From Yuukianura sp. NJ FZ-2021 (taxonomy: Eukaryota), in the NCBI GenBank assembly GCA_046563655.1, contig CM102289.1:6138001-6202000 (forward strand): DNA of 64,000 bases, read 5' to 3'. The notes under the pieces were generated by a model, which saw only the letters and a program-made list of their open reading frames with translations, was not told the DNA's origin and did not search any database. The stretch's first letter is position 1. Every line of letters begins with the position of its first letter. The position numbers and the translations under genes were made by a program. Shown in pieces: positions 63,992-64,000 of this stretch.

Positions 63992-64000
63992 TCTGTGATA

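Overview
AT-rich, compact eukaryotic genomic DNA with short GT-AG introns, most likely a hexapod; the gene mix suggests a springtail (Collembola), which is inference only. No rRNA, tRNA or CRISPR was seen. In order: 3' end of an ABCC transporter, a diapausin-like peptide, a DCXR-like SDR, an SDCCAG8-like coiled-coil gene, a DUF4803 secreted protein, a low-complexity unknown gene, two tandem CYP3-clan P450s that both lack the I-helix threonine, an SDR16C-type dehydrogenase, and a synaptotagmin (Syt3/6/9/10 group) with two DINE-1/HINE-like elements in its first coding intron. Then a divergent pair of CS-alpha-beta defensin-like genes, four GR/OR-superfamily 7TM chemoreceptors plus one pseudogene fragment, a 3xShKT secreted protein, a tandem duplication carrying a Cys-rich metallothionein-like gene and a truncated copy, a probably acatalytic alpha-carbonic anhydrase, a scramblase/Tubby-fold-like membrane protein, a single-LIM muscle protein and a TUTase-like nucleotidyltransferase. 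The best candidate for an undescribed system is a head-to-head pair of bacterial-looking enzymes with intron-free coding regions (SAM methyltransferase and ATP-grasp-like protein, 57972-60434), possibly a horizontally acquired mini biosynthetic cassette. All family calls come from motif recognition by eye, not database searches, and exon boundaries are manual predictions.
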